DNA of 35,666 nucleotides. Source: a virus (taxonomy: Duplodnaviria; Caudoviricetes). The stretch spans positions 1 to 35,666 of IMG/VR virus record IMGVR_UViG_3300049167_000237; one strand, written 5' to 3'. Below the pieces are notes generated by a model. It was not told the DNA's origin. It made no database searches and saw only the letters and a list, made by a program, of their open reading frames with translations. This document shows, piece after piece, positions 16,464 to 25,626 of this stretch. A program made the position numbers and the translations under genes. Every line of letters begins with the position of its first letter. Within the stretch, counting starts at the first letter, position 1.

Positions 16464-18167
16464 ATGAACCGCTCCCTCCGCGCGGTCGCCCACCTGTCGG
16501 TTGGCGCCGTCTTCCTCTTCGCCCTCGGCTGCGCGCTGGTGGCATTCTCGCCTGACGCATACGCTGCGGTCCCGGCCCTGAAGTCGGCGGTCGCTGCCCA
16601 CGGCACCTCCCTGCAGGACCTGATTCTGCAGGCGACGCCCGTTCTCCTGGCCCTCAAGGCCAAGGCCACCGAGCTTGAGCACAGCGCTCAGGCGAAGCTC
16701 GGCGAGGTGACCGACAAGCTTGATGCTGCTGCGCTCAGCAAGATCGACGACGATCATGCCGAGATCGTGCGCCAGCTTACGGCAACCCGCGCCCAGATCT
16801 CCGCCCTGGAAAGCCCCCCGCCCGCTGACGAAAGCGCGATCCGGGCCGAGGCGGCCCGCACTGAGCGCGAACGCTCCGCCGGGATCCTGGCTCAAGCTCG
16901 CGCCGCGAAAATCCCGGCTGACGATCAGTTCATCACTGACCTGCTCGCCAGCGCCCGGCCGCTCGCCGACGCTCGAAACGAGGTCATCAACGAGTGGTCG
17001 CGTCGGCAGGAAGCGCGAGGCGACAACCCGAACGAGGGCAATACCCCGGCGGGCGCTGACGTTCAGGTCATCAAGGATGGCGTCGACAAGTGGGCACAGG
17101 GCGCCGAGCGCGGCCTGTTGATCCGTGCCGGTCTCGCCAAGCCGACCGATGCTGACAAGGGCAACGAGTTCACCGGCCTGACGCTCGCTGAGCTGGCGCG
17201 CTCTTCGCTGACGGTCCGCAACATTAAGACCGGTGGCATCGATCGCATGAAGATGGTCGGGCAGGCTTTCACCGTGCGCAACTCCGCGCCTGGCATGCAC
17301 TCGACCTCTGACTTCCCGACGATCATCCAGAACGTCGCCTATCGCGCCATGCTGCAGGGCTACACGGAAGTCGACGAGACGTTCCCGCTCTGGACCGGTA
17401 AGGGCACGGCGAGCGACTTCCGGCCGATCGCCCGCGTCGACATGGGCCTCTTCCCGGCTCTGGATAAGGTCGAAGAGGGCGCCGAATACAAATACGGCAC
17501 CTTCGGCGACAACGGCACGACCGTGATGGTCGCGACCTACGGCAAGATGTTCGCCATCACTCGCCAGGCGATCATCAACGACGACCTGCAGTTCTTCCAG
17601 CGCGTTCCCCAGCGCATGGGCCGCGCTGCCAAGCGCACGATCGGCAACCTCGTCTATGCCATCCTGAACGGCAACCCGACGATGCAGGACAGCGTGGCGC
17701 TGTTCCACTCCAACCACGGCAACCTTGCCGGGGCAGGTGCTGCGCCGAGCGTCGCCTCCATCGCAGCTGCGATGGCTGCTATGGCGGTTCAGAAGGACGA
17801 CGCCGGCACGGGCACCGGTGGCGGCGCCACGCCGAAGTATATCCTCACTCCGCCTCCGCTGTGGCTGCCGACCAACTTGGCGCTGAACTCGGCCAACTAC
17901 CCGGGTGATGCCGGCCAGCTGAAGAACCCGATCGCCGGCATGTTCACGCCGATCTCGGACAGCCGCCTTTCCGGCACCGCCTGGTACATGGCCGGCGATC
18001 CCGCCCAGACCGACACCATCGAGGTCACTTACCTCGACGGCGTCGAGGAGCCGGATCTGGAGCAGCGCGAAGGCTGGAGCGTTGATGGGACCGAATTCAA
18101 GGTCCGCATGGATGCTGGCGTGAAGGCACTTCACTGGCGCGGCCTCTACAAGAACGCCGGCGCCTGA
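16464..18167 (+). CDS. Major capsid protein with N-terminal hydrophobic leader and coiled-coil scaffold region
   Basis: HSTSDFP, VEEGAEYKYG, TYGKMFAITRQAIINDDL, KVRMDAG...WRGLYK typical of the capsid moiety of ClpP-capsid/Mu gpT-like proteins. Confidence 0.92.
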   Translation: MNRSLRAVAHLSVGAVFLFALGCALVAFSPDAYAAVPALKSAVAAHGTSLQDLILQATPVLLALKAKATELEHSAQAKLGEVTDKLDAAALSKIDDDHAEIVRQLTATRAQISALESPPPADESAIRAEAARTERERSAGILAQARAAKIPADDQFITDLLASARPLADARNEVINEWSRRQEARGDNPNEGNTPAGADVQVIKDGVDKWAQGAERGLLIRAGLAKPTDADKGNEFTGLTLAELARSSLTVRNIKTGGIDRMKMVGQAFTVRNSAPGMHSTSDFPTIIQNVAYRAMLQGYTEVDETFPLWTGKGTASDFRPIARVDMGLFPALDKVEEGAEYKYGTFGDNGTTVMVATYGKMFAITRQAIINDDLQFFQRVPQRMGRAAKRTIGNLVYAILNGNPTMQDSVALFHSNHGNLAGAGAAPSVASIAAAMAAMAVQKDDAGTGTGGGATPKYILTPPPLWLPTNLALNSANYPGDAGQLKNPIAGMFTPISDSRLSGTAWYMAGDPAQTDTIEVTYLDGVEEPDLEQREGWSVDGTEFKVRMDAGVKALHWRGLYKNAGA

Positions 18168-18183
18168 TCGGCGACTGAGTAAT

Positions 18184-18205
18184 CGGGCGGCGTGCGCGCC
18201 GCTCG
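18184..18205 (+). other. Stem-loop after the capsid gene (mRNA stabiliser or weak terminator)
   Basis: CGGGCGGCG-tgcg-CGCCGCTCG; no U-tract. Confidence 0.45.
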
Positions 18206-18238
18206 TCACCCTTCCCCTCATCGCAGCGGAGACATCCC

Positions 18239-18586
18239 GTGAAAAACTTCATCCAGGCCGGCGATACGCTTACCCTCACTGCTCCTTCGGGCGGCGTGGT
18301 CAGCGGCGGCGGCTACATCATCGGCGACCTCTTCGTCGTCTCCACCGTCACCGCCGCACAAGGCTTGCCCTTCGCGGGCAAGACCACCGGCGTCTTCGAG
18401 TTCGCGAAGCTCTCGGCGCAGGCCTGGACCGAGGGTGCGAAGGTCTATTGGGATGCGACGAACTCGCGCTTCACGACCGTCGCAACCGGCAACCGCCTGG
18501 TCGGCACCGCGGCTGAAGCGGCTGCGAACCCGTCCTCGGTCGGCCGCGTCCGCCTCGACGGCAATGCTCTGCCCGTCGCAGGCTGA
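18239..18586 (+). CDS. DUF2190-family capsid decoration/cement protein
   Basis: MKNFIQAGDTLTLTAP.GGVVSG...GVFEFAK...GAKVYWD; GGAG RBS; follows capsid. Confidence 0.88.
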   Translation: MKNFIQAGDTLTLTAPSGGVVSGGGYIIGDLFVVSTVTAAQGLPFAGKTTGVFEFAKLSAQAWTEGAKVYWDATNSRFTTVATGNRLVGTAAEAAANPSSVGRVRLDGNALPVAG

Positions 18587-18933
18587 TGATCGACTTCGAC
18601 GCTCTCGTGCTCGGCCCGGCGATGGCAATCTTCGCCCGGCCGATTACGGTTCGACCGATCGTCTCCCAGCCTCTTGCCGCTCCTTACGCCGCACGCGGGA
18701 TCTGGGGCAGGCGAGCTGCCGACATGCAGCTCGAGGATGGCAGCATCCTCGGCACCGACGACCTCACCATTGGTATTCGGATTGGCGAGTTTCCGATCCT
18801 TCCCAAGCCCGGCGACCTCATCGAGATCGACGCTCACATGTCGCTGCCACGGATCGGCGTCTGCGAGATGGTCGATGACGGCGATGACGGGCAGGGCGGT
18901 TACGCGATCGTTGTGAAGATCGTCGGGCCATGA
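18586..18933 (+). CDS. Head-tail joining protein (FII-like)
   Basis: Synteny; PKPGDLIEI and DDGQG motifs; TGATG coupling. Confidence 0.7.
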   Translation: MIDFDALVLGPAMAIFARPITVRPIVSQPLAAPYAARGIWGRRAADMQLEDGSILGTDDLTIGIRIGEFPILPKPGDLIEIDAHMSLPRIGVCEMVDDGDDGQGGYAIVVKIVGP

Positions 18934-19532
18934 GCACTGCGGCCACCCGCATCAGGGATGCGATCTTCACTCGCGTGCTGCCGCTGACGACGGCGTCGGA
19001 CTTCAAGACGGTTCGGATCATGCCTGTGATGATGCTGCAGCCCGACAACCTGCCGGCCCTGACGGTATCGCTGCTTAGCGAGCGCATGACGCCAGACGGC
19101 GACGATAACGCCGGCGAGGTCCGCTTCAATAGCGATGTGACGATTGGCATCTCCATCGTGCGCGGCTTTGCGGCGCCGATCGATCTCGATGCTCAGACCG
19201 ATATCGACGTCGACCTCGTCGAGCAGATTTTGCTCCGGGATCCGACATTCGTGCGTTTCGGGGACGATACGCGTTATCCGATCGGCGACGATCGCCGCGA
19301 GCCCCTCTTTGAGGCGGTCGCCAGCATCAATCGGCGGCGTTCATACCCGCAGAGCGGTGAAACATACCTTGTCGAGGTGCGCCTCGAGCTGACGTTCCGC
19401 ACCTCTGCGGATTTCACGCCTCTGCTGGAAGACGAATTCGAGCGCTTCGCGCTCACTGCACGGCCACTCGGTACCGGGCCGCACACGCCCTCGACCGGCT
19501 TCCATGTCGTCGAAGAAGCCGACGACGACTGA
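18930..19532 (+). CDS. Putative tail terminator/completion protein
   Basis: Acidic 200-aa protein between the head-joining gene and the sheath; ATGA coupling. Confidence 0.6.
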   Translation: MSTAATRIRDAIFTRVLPLTTASDFKTVRIMPVMMLQPDNLPALTVSLLSERMTPDGDDNAGEVRFNSDVTIGISIVRGFAAPIDLDAQTDIDVDLVEQILLRDPTFVRFGDDTRYPIGDDRREPLFEAVASINRRRSYPQSGETYLVEVRLELTFRTSADFTPLLEDEFERFALTARPLGTGPHTPSTGFHVVEEADDD

Positions 19533-19555
19533 TCATCATCACCAGGAGAGCCACG

Positions 19556-19795
19556 ATGGCCGACATCAGCGTCAAGCCGGTGCGCAAGGGCATGAACCTT
19601 TCGCATCCGGTCGCCGGAGCATTGCCGGATCAGCCGGACGAGAACGGCAACTGGCCACTCTGGCCAGAGGACCAGTTCACCTTCCGCCGTCTGCGCGACG
19701 GTGACATCAAGCGCGTCGAGGCAGACGAAGCGGAGCCGGCCAAGGCCGCCGACGCCAAGGTCGATGCCGGCGCTCCCTCGAACAAGCGGAGCTAA
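19556..19795 (+). CDS. DUF2635-family (Mu gp38-like) protein
   Basis: WPEDQFTFRRLRDGDI motif just before a Mu-type sheath; AGGAG RBS. Confidence 0.8.
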   Translation: MADISVKPVRKGMNLSHPVAGALPDQPDENGNWPLWPEDQFTFRRLRDGDIKRVEADEAEPAKAADAKVDAGAPSNKRS

Positions 19796-19801
19796 GCCGT
19801 C

Positions 19802-21319
19802 ATGGTGTCATTCACCCAGATCCCTGCCGGTTGGAAGCTGCCGCTGGTCTCGATCGAGATCGATTCCTCGCAGGCCGGCGCCGCGAACCAGCCGCGCTAT
19901 GCGCTGATCGCCGACTACAAGATCGCTGCCGGTACCGGCGTCGTTGACGTAGCGGTCGCTTGCGGCTCACTTGCTCAGGTCCGCGAGATCGGCGGCATTG
20001 GCTCGCCGCTGGCTCGTGCTTTCGAAGCATTCCAGAAGCTGAACAAGGGCACGCCCGTCTTCGTGCTGCCTGTTGCCGAGCCGTCTGGCGGCGTGAAAGC
20101 TGCGGCCGAGCTTATCGTAACCAACGCGCCCACGGTTGCGGGAACGCTGGCGCTGTACATCGGCGGCCAAAAGATCCCGGTGGGTCTCACAGCCTCGGAC
20201 ACGCCGACCACCGCCGGCACCAAGATCGCCGCTGCGATCAATGCCAAGACCACGCTACCCGTGACCGCCACGGCCGCGACCGGCACCGTCACCATTACGG
20301 CGAAGTGGAAGGGCCTGACCGGCAACGACATCCGCGTCGAGGAGAACGTGCTTGGGCCCAACGGCGGCGAGGTTCGCCCGACGAGCCTGGGCTTGACCTT
20401 CCCGGCGTCGAACGTCCTCACCGGCGGCACCGGCACGCCAGACTGGACGAACGCGATCGCCAACCTTGGGGATGCGCCTTACGATTATGTCTCCATGGCG
20501 CATTCGGACACGGGCTCGCTCAACGCATGGGGCACCGAGTACGGCTTCACGGACTCCGGACGCTGGGGCTGGCTGCGCGAGATGTTCGGCCAGGTGTGGA
20601 GTGCCAAGCGCGACACCTACGCCAACCTGATGAGCTGGGGGCCGAACAACAACGCTCCCGTCATCTCCGTCATGGCGGTCGAGGTGTCCTCGCCGACACC
20701 CATCTGGGAATGGACCGCTGCTTATGCGGCGCGCGCTGCTGCCGCTCTGACTGCGGATCCTGCTCGCCCGCTGCAGACGCTTACGCTCGACGGCATCCAG
20801 ACCGCCGCGCGCTCCGGCCGGTTCAGCAAGACAGAGCTCAATGGCCTGGCGACCGTCGGCCTGGCGGTGCAGACGGCGACGCCGGATGGCGTGCCGATGA
20901 TCCTGCGCGAGCAGACGACCTATCAGAAAAACTCGCTCGGTCAGCCGGACGGGGCCTATGAGGTCGCCACCACGCTCGCGACTCTGGCAGAGGTGCTTCG
21001 GCGCCTGAAACTCGCAATCACCGGCAAGTTCCCGCGCCACAAGCTGGCCAATGACGGCACGCGCCTCGCTCCCGGTCAGGCCGTCGTCACGCCGAACACG
21101 ATCAAGGCTGAGATCGTCGCTGAGTACGAGCGCTGCGAATATGACGGCCTGGTCGAGAACGTGAAGGCGTTCAAGGCGGCTCTCGTGGTCGAGCGTGACA
21201 GCCAGGACGTCAATCGCGTCAACGTCCTCTATCCGCCGGACCTCATCAACCAGCTCCGCCACCTAGCGGTGTTGGCCCAGTTTAGGTTGCAGTATTCCGA
21301 CGCAGCCGCTGCGGCTTGA
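19802..21319 (+). CDS. Contractile tail sheath protein (Mu gpL-like)
   Basis: 505 aa; DPARPLQTL, TTYQKN..G..D, FPRHKLANDG, RVNVLYPPDLINQL. Confidence 0.95.
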   Translation: MVSFTQIPAGWKLPLVSIEIDSSQAGAANQPRYALIADYKIAAGTGVVDVAVACGSLAQVREIGGIGSPLARAFEAFQKLNKGTPVFVLPVAEPSGGVKAAAELIVTNAPTVAGTLALYIGGQKIPVGLTASDTPTTAGTKIAAAINAKTTLPVTATAATGTVTITAKWKGLTGNDIRVEENVLGPNGGEVRPTSLGLTFPASNVLTGGTGTPDWTNAIANLGDAPYDYVSMAHSDTGSLNAWGTEYGFTDSGRWGWLREMFGQVWSAKRDTYANLMSWGPNNNAPVISVMAVEVSSPTPIWEWTAAYAARAAAALTADPARPLQTLTLDGIQTAARSGRFSKTELNGLATVGLAVQTATPDGVPMILREQTTYQKNSLGQPDGAYEVATTLATLAEVLRRLKLAITGKFPRHKLANDGTRLAPGQAVVTPNTIKAEIVAEYERCEYDGLVENVKAFKAALVVERDSQDVNRVNVLYPPDLINQLRHLAVLAQFRLQYSDAAAAA

Positions 21320-21330
21320 CGACTATGAGG

Positions 21331-21612
21331 TCAATTCTTCTGACCCTGAGCATCAACAGCGAGGAGGAAGGCATCGTCGATAGCGTTCCTCAAAGCGAGC
21401 ATTGCGTTTCGATCCGCGTGCAGCTGGGCGACAGCAACCGGCACGAGGGGAACCTGTCCATTGCTCAAAGAAACCGGCCTGGGGAGGGTCAGCACCAGGC
21501 CGAACATTCCGTCGATGTGACAGAACGACGGCACGGCGTTGAAGGTAATAAAGGGGGCGCCGGGGTCCTGAATAATAGGGGTCGGGGCGGAGTTGGTAGC
21601 CTCGTCGGCCAT
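21331..21612 (-). CDS. Small antisense accessory protein (moron) between sheath and tube
   Basis: 93 aa; AGGGAG RBS 7 nt before ATG; fills the intergenic gap; beta-strands followed by an amphipathic helix. Confidence 0.7.
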   Translation of the reverse strand: MADEATNSAPTPIIQDPGAPFITFNAVPSFCHIDGMFGLVLTLPRPVSLSNGQVPLVPVAVAQLHADRNAMLALRNAIDDAFLLAVDAQGQKN

Positions 21613-21708
21613 TACGTTCTCCCTGGCTCACTGCCGCCGTCGTACTTCGTCAAGCCCGGCCAGACGTTGCCTTCGGCCGTCTTCAAATCCTAATCGGAGA
21701 TCATCATC

Positions 21709-22071
21709 ATGGCCAAGCGCATCGCTGGCGTCGCCTTCTGGAAAGTCGACGGCCGCCAGCTCTCCCTTCGGGGCAATCTCACCGTCTCGCCGACCGCCTT
21801 CGAGCGCACCGGCATCGCCGGCCAGGATGCCGTTCACGGCTTCTCGGAAGTGCCGCGCGTTCCCTTCATTCAGGGGGACGTCTCGCTCGTCGAAGGCACC
21901 TCGGTCGAGGACATCGACGCCGTCACCGACGCCACTATCACCGCCGAGCTCGCCAACGGTCAGATCTGGGTGCTGCGCAACGCCTGGCGTGCGCAGGTCA
22001 GCGAGATCAATACCCGAGAGGGTCAGTTTGCGGTTCGCTTTGAAGGCGAATCCTGCACGCAGATAGGGTAA
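21709..22071 (+). CDS. Tail tube protein (Mu gpM-like)
   Basis: RIAGVAFWKVDG..., TITAELANG, VRFEG; GGAG RBS. Confidence 0.92.
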   Translation: MAKRIAGVAFWKVDGRQLSLRGNLTVSPTAFERTGIAGQDAVHGFSEVPRVPFIQGDVSLVEGTSVEDIDAVTDATITAELANGQIWVLRNAWRAQVSEINTREGQFAVRFEGESCTQIG

Positions 22072-22077
22072 TAAGAC

Positions 22078-22392
22078 ATGGCTGAGAAGAACGAGCTCGA
22101 GACCGTTCCTGCGCTCATTATCCCCCTGTCCAAGCCCATCCAGGCTCACGGCGAGGAGATCACCGAGCTGCGGCTGCGCGCGCCCACGGCGAATGATGTG
22201 ATCCAGATCGGCAACCCGATCGCGCTCGACATCAGCACCGATCCTCCGCGCGCGACGCCGGATGACCGGAAGATGGCGCAGATGATCGCGCGACTGGCTG
22301 ACGTGCCTCCGTCGTCCATCGGCCAGATGGATCCGAACGACTTCACCGGAGCCATCATCCGCACGCTCCCTTTTTTCGTGCCGAGGCTCTAG
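22078..22392 (+). CDS. Tail assembly chaperone (Mu gp41/P2 E-like)
   Basis: LSKPIQAHGEEITELRLRAPT...LADVPPSSIGQMDPND; ends at a slippery site. Confidence 0.9.
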   Translation: MAEKNELETVPALIIPLSKPIQAHGEEITELRLRAPTANDVIQIGNPIALDISTDPPRATPDDRKMAQMIARLADVPPSSIGQMDPNDFTGAIIRTLPFFVPRL

Positions 22393-22544
22393 GCGACACC
22401 GTCAAGGCGGTGTTCAGCCTGTGCCGCGTTCACGAGGGTGCCATTCCCTTCCCGTGGCTGATCGAGCAGCCCCCGCATGTGATCGCTGAGCTTCAGCGGC
22501 TCACCGGCGAGTGGCTTGACGAGATCAAGAGCGACGAAGAATAG
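22078..22544 (+). CDS. Frameshifted long tail assembly chaperone (-1 at T TTT TTC, 22371-22377)
   Basis: The -1 frame reads RAEALGDTVKAVFSLCRVHEGAIPFPWLIEQPPHVIAELQRLTGEWLDEIKSDEE and stops 1 nt before the tape-measure ATG. Confidence 0.75.
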
Positions 22545-22545
22545 C

Positions 22546-25197
22546 ATGAGCGATGAATCCTTGCGCCTCGTAGCCGAGGTAGTCGACAAGTTCACGGGCC
22601 CACTGCGCGCGCTGCGCCAGGGTCTGCAGGGCATCCAGTCGTCTCCTGGTATGGCGCGTGTCGCCACCGATTTTGGTGCGGTGACGCGTTCGGTCGGCAA
22701 CCTCTCCGGGGCGATCCGAAACACTCTTGTCCCGGCGCTATCTGCCGCAGGGCTAGCGGGCCTTTCGGTAGGCGGTGGCCTGGCTAGCATCAGCTCGGTC
22801 TTCGCCACGACCACCACCCGGCTGAACCATCTAAGTGCATCCACTGGCGTAGCCATCCAGACGATGCGAGAGCTGACCGCGCTCGCGCCTCGGATCGGGA
22901 TCGACGAGAATTCGGTCAAGTCTGGGCTGCAGAGCTTTTCCGCGGCGTTCGACCAGATCAAGCGCAAGCAGGGCGAGACCTATATCGAGCTCTATCGCAA
23001 GGCTCCCCGACTGGCTGAGGCTCTGGTCGGATCGAAATCCATCGATGAGGCTCTGTCGCACTCACTGAGCTTCCTCGCCGGCGTCGCGAAGGAGAAGGGG
23101 CCAGCCCAGGCGCGGCTCTGGTCTCAGATGCTTTTCGGGACCGAGGACATGGCGGCCGTCGGCGAGCTCGGCGTCCAGGGACTACGGAAGGCATTGGAAG
23201 AGATACGTAAGCGGCTCGGCACCATCGATCCCCAGGCGATGGCGACGTCGAAGGCGTTCAACAACGCCCTCCACGACATGCAGGACACTGCAATCGGCTT
23301 GCGCGACGCGATCGGCGCGGAAGTGCTCCCGATGATCAACGAGCTCGCGAAGGGCGCGCGGGACTTCTTCGACGCCAACAAGGTCTCGATCCGCGACGGT
23401 ATCGCCGGCTTCATCAAGGATGTCGCCAGCTTCAATTGGGGCGAGTTCATCACGGGCATCAAGGAGACTGCGTCCAGCATCAATGGGTTGGTGCAGTCGA
23501 TCGGCGGCTGGAAGACAGTGCTGATTGGAATGGTCGCTCTGAAGGGCGTCTCCCTTGCCGCCCCGGTGCTCGGCCTGGCCTTCGCCATCACGAAGCTCAC
23601 CACCGCGCTTATTGCGCTGCCCCTTGCCAAGCTCGGCGGGATGCTCGGGCTGATGAGCGCCGGCGGCATGGCGGCGGGCGCTGCCAGCCTTGTAGCAGCC
23701 GTCGCGGCGGCGCTCGGCATGAAGGCGATCGCAGACAGCCGCTCGAAGACCTTGGTTCCGGAGACAAACGAGCAGCTCGAGAAGCTTCAAGCGCAGAGGC
23801 AGGAGCTTCAGGGCCGCCTTGCCGATGCTGAGAAGAACGGCCTTGGCGAGGGCGTGACCGTTCGCATCCGGGAGCGGATCGAGCATACCGATCGCGAGCT
23901 GAAGAACCTTCGTGAGCGCCTGGCCAAGGCCACAGAGATGGGCTTCGCCGAAGGTGCCGAGAAGGCCCAGCCGAAGATCGAGCGCGAAACGAAGGGCACC
24001 TTCGAGAAGCTGAAGGACTGGCTCTCGCTCAGCAGCATGAACGGCGCGCCGGCGGGCGGCGGATTCATGGGTGCGCAGATCCACCGCGCGGCGCTCGGTG
24101 CCTCATGGGGCGGCGGTGGAAGCGGCTATGGCGCTGGGCGCTACGGGGGTGGCGGCAACTATGGAGCTGGCGGCTACGGCGGTGGCGGGGATGCCGGCTA
24201 CAGCGGCTCGCCTTCCACGAGGGTGCCTAGCGTAGGACGTAGCCGGGGCGGGGCATCTTCAGCCGTGTCTGGGAGCTTCGGCGCCGCGTTCGATGCTCCC
24301 CTGGCTGGTGGATCTGGCGTTCCCCGAGTCGCGCTGCCGAGGTTTGGCCCGGGCATGGGCACGATCGGCACCCCCATCAAAGGCACGACCTTCGATCAAA
24401 AAGCGCCCGGTATCATTGGGCGTTTAATGGAGGACTTCAGCCTGACCAAGGAGCAGGCCGCAGGTATCGTTGGCAACTTGGGGCACGAGAGCGGTGGCTT
24501 CAAACACATGCAGGAGATTAACCCCCTCGGCGGCGGGCGCGGTGGCTTTGGGTGGGCGCAGTGGACAGGTCCGCGCCGCCGGCAATTTGAAGCATGGGCA
24601 AAGGAAAAGGGTCTCGACCCGACCTCCGATGAAGCCAATTATGGATTCCTCCGGCACGAGCTCAAGACGACAGAGCGCAAAAGCCTTGCCGCCGTCCGCG
24701 GTACCCACAACGCTCGCGATGCGACGATCGCTTTCGAGAGCGCATTCGAGCGGTCGGGGGTCAAAGCTTACGGGTCGCGTCTAAAATATGCATCGCGAGC
24801 CCTACAGGCTCACGAACGGGCTGGGCGAGACGGGCATATAACCGCGGGCCCGGGGCCCGCATGGCCAAGCGCTTGGTCGGCAGGAGACACCAGGTCAGGA
24901 GCCGTCTCCAGCGCCGACGGCGAGGGCTTTGATGAAGCACGTCGCCAAGCTGGCCTGAAGCCCAGCCCCGGCGATCTCAGGTATAAGCCCGACAGTGGCG
25001 TCGAGCTTTTGCGGAAAGCTCTTCGATCAGGCGTAACCGGCAGCGGCATCAACCGTGTCCAGGGTGATGCTAGCCTTCGCATCCAGCTCGACGGATTTCC
25101 TCGGGGTACGAAGACAAGCACTGAATTCAATGGCCTCTTCAAAGAGGTCAGCCTGAACCGGGGGAAGGCCATGCCTGTCGCGTCGGAAGAGGCTTAA
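22546..25197 (+). CDS. Tape measure protein with C-terminal phage tail lysozyme domain
   Basis: MSDESLRLVAEVVDKFTGPLR start; helical body; hydrophobic segments; AAGIVGNLGHES...GWAQWTGPRR...FLRHEL...FER tail-lysozyme motifs. Confidence 0.92.
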   Translation: MSDESLRLVAEVVDKFTGPLRALRQGLQGIQSSPGMARVATDFGAVTRSVGNLSGAIRNTLVPALSAAGLAGLSVGGGLASISSVFATTTTRLNHLSASTGVAIQTMRELTALAPRIGIDENSVKSGLQSFSAAFDQIKRKQGETYIELYRKAPRLAEALVGSKSIDEALSHSLSFLAGVAKEKGPAQARLWSQMLFGTEDMAAVGELGVQGLRKALEEIRKRLGTIDPQAMATSKAFNNALHDMQDTAIGLRDAIGAEVLPMINELAKGARDFFDANKVSIRDGIAGFIKDVASFNWGEFITGIKETASSINGLVQSIGGWKTVLIGMVALKGVSLAAPVLGLAFAITKLTTALIALPLAKLGGMLGLMSAGGMAAGAASLVAAVAAALGMKAIADSRSKTLVPETNEQLEKLQAQRQELQGRLADAEKNGLGEGVTVRIRERIEHTDRELKNLRERLAKATEMGFAEGAEKAQPKIERETKGTFEKLKDWLSLSSMNGAPAGGGFMGAQIHRAALGASWGGGGSGYGAGRYGGGGNYGAGGYGGGGDAGYSGSPSTRVPSVGRSRGGASSAVSGSFGAAFDAPLAGGSGVPRVALPRFGPGMGTIGTPIKGTTFDQKAPGIIGRLMEDFSLTKEQAAGIVGNLGHESGGFKHMQEINPLGGGRGGFGWAQWTGPRRRQFEAWAKEKGLDPTSDEANYGFLRHELKTTERKSLAAVRGTHNARDATIAFESAFERSGVKAYGSRLKYASRALQAHERAGRDGHITAGPGPAWPSAWSAGDTRSGAVSSADGEGFDEARRQAGLKPSPGDLRYKPDSGVELLRKALRSGVTGSGINRVQGDASLRIQLDGFPRGTKTSTEFNGLFKEVSLNRGKAMPVASEEA

Positions 25198-25542
25198 CTA
25201 GCGCTTCGGCCGGCGGGCTGAAGTATCAAAGCAGACGGATACCTGCAGGTCGTCAGTCCACCCGCAGTAGCTTGTGCGGTTGATTTCATAGGCAGCTGCG
25301 GGCCTGCCGTTGATCGTCCACCGATGGAATTGGCCCTGCCGGTCGACGTAGATCACCCGAAACGTTTGTCCCTTCACGGTTATGTCCTGTGCGAACTTCT
25401 CGCCCGGCAGCTCTCGGATCGAGCAATCGCCCTTGCTGAGGCGGTCCGCCTGGACCTCGAAGGCTTCACAAGTAGCCGCCCGCGCGGACACAGCGAAGCC
25501 AGTCGAGGCTGTCAGAACTGCAACGAGAATAGCGCTCTTCAT
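25198..25542 (-). CDS. Secreted/periplasmic protein with signal peptide (antisense moron)
   Basis: MKSAILVAVLTASTGFAVSARA-A signal peptide; 4 Cys; beta-rich; stop abuts the TMP stop. Confidence 0.75.
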   Translation of the reverse strand: MKSAILVAVLTASTGFAVSARAATCEAFEVQADRLSKGDCSIRELPGEKFAQDITVKGQTFRVIYVDRQGQFHRWTINGRPAAAYEINRTSYCGWTDDLQVSVCFDTSARRPKR

Positions 25543-25626
25543 CGGTTAGACTTCAGCCCCTTGCTGAGGACAGCGCTGACGGCGCTGTCGCCTTCCGCAG
25601 GTTGGCGCTTTCTCTAGGAGGGATCA

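Noticed and set aside
16521-16532. Lipoprotein lipobox (ALGC) in the capsid leader
   Set aside because: Poor match to [LVI][ASTVI][GAS]C, and the hydrophobic stretch continues past the Cys to a better A-Y-A site
16434-18221. 595-aa minus-strand ORF, and similar long antisense ORFs at 15157-16389, 20255-21262, 28411-29688 and 33906-35549
   Set aside because: Shadow frames of high-GC3 plus-strand structural genes; no recognisable motifs
21662-21682. TTGCCTTCGG resembling the 8749 TTGCCCTTCGGG hairpin as a second NusG-paralog site
   Set aside because: It cannot form the same C(UUCG)G stem; the similarity is too short to support
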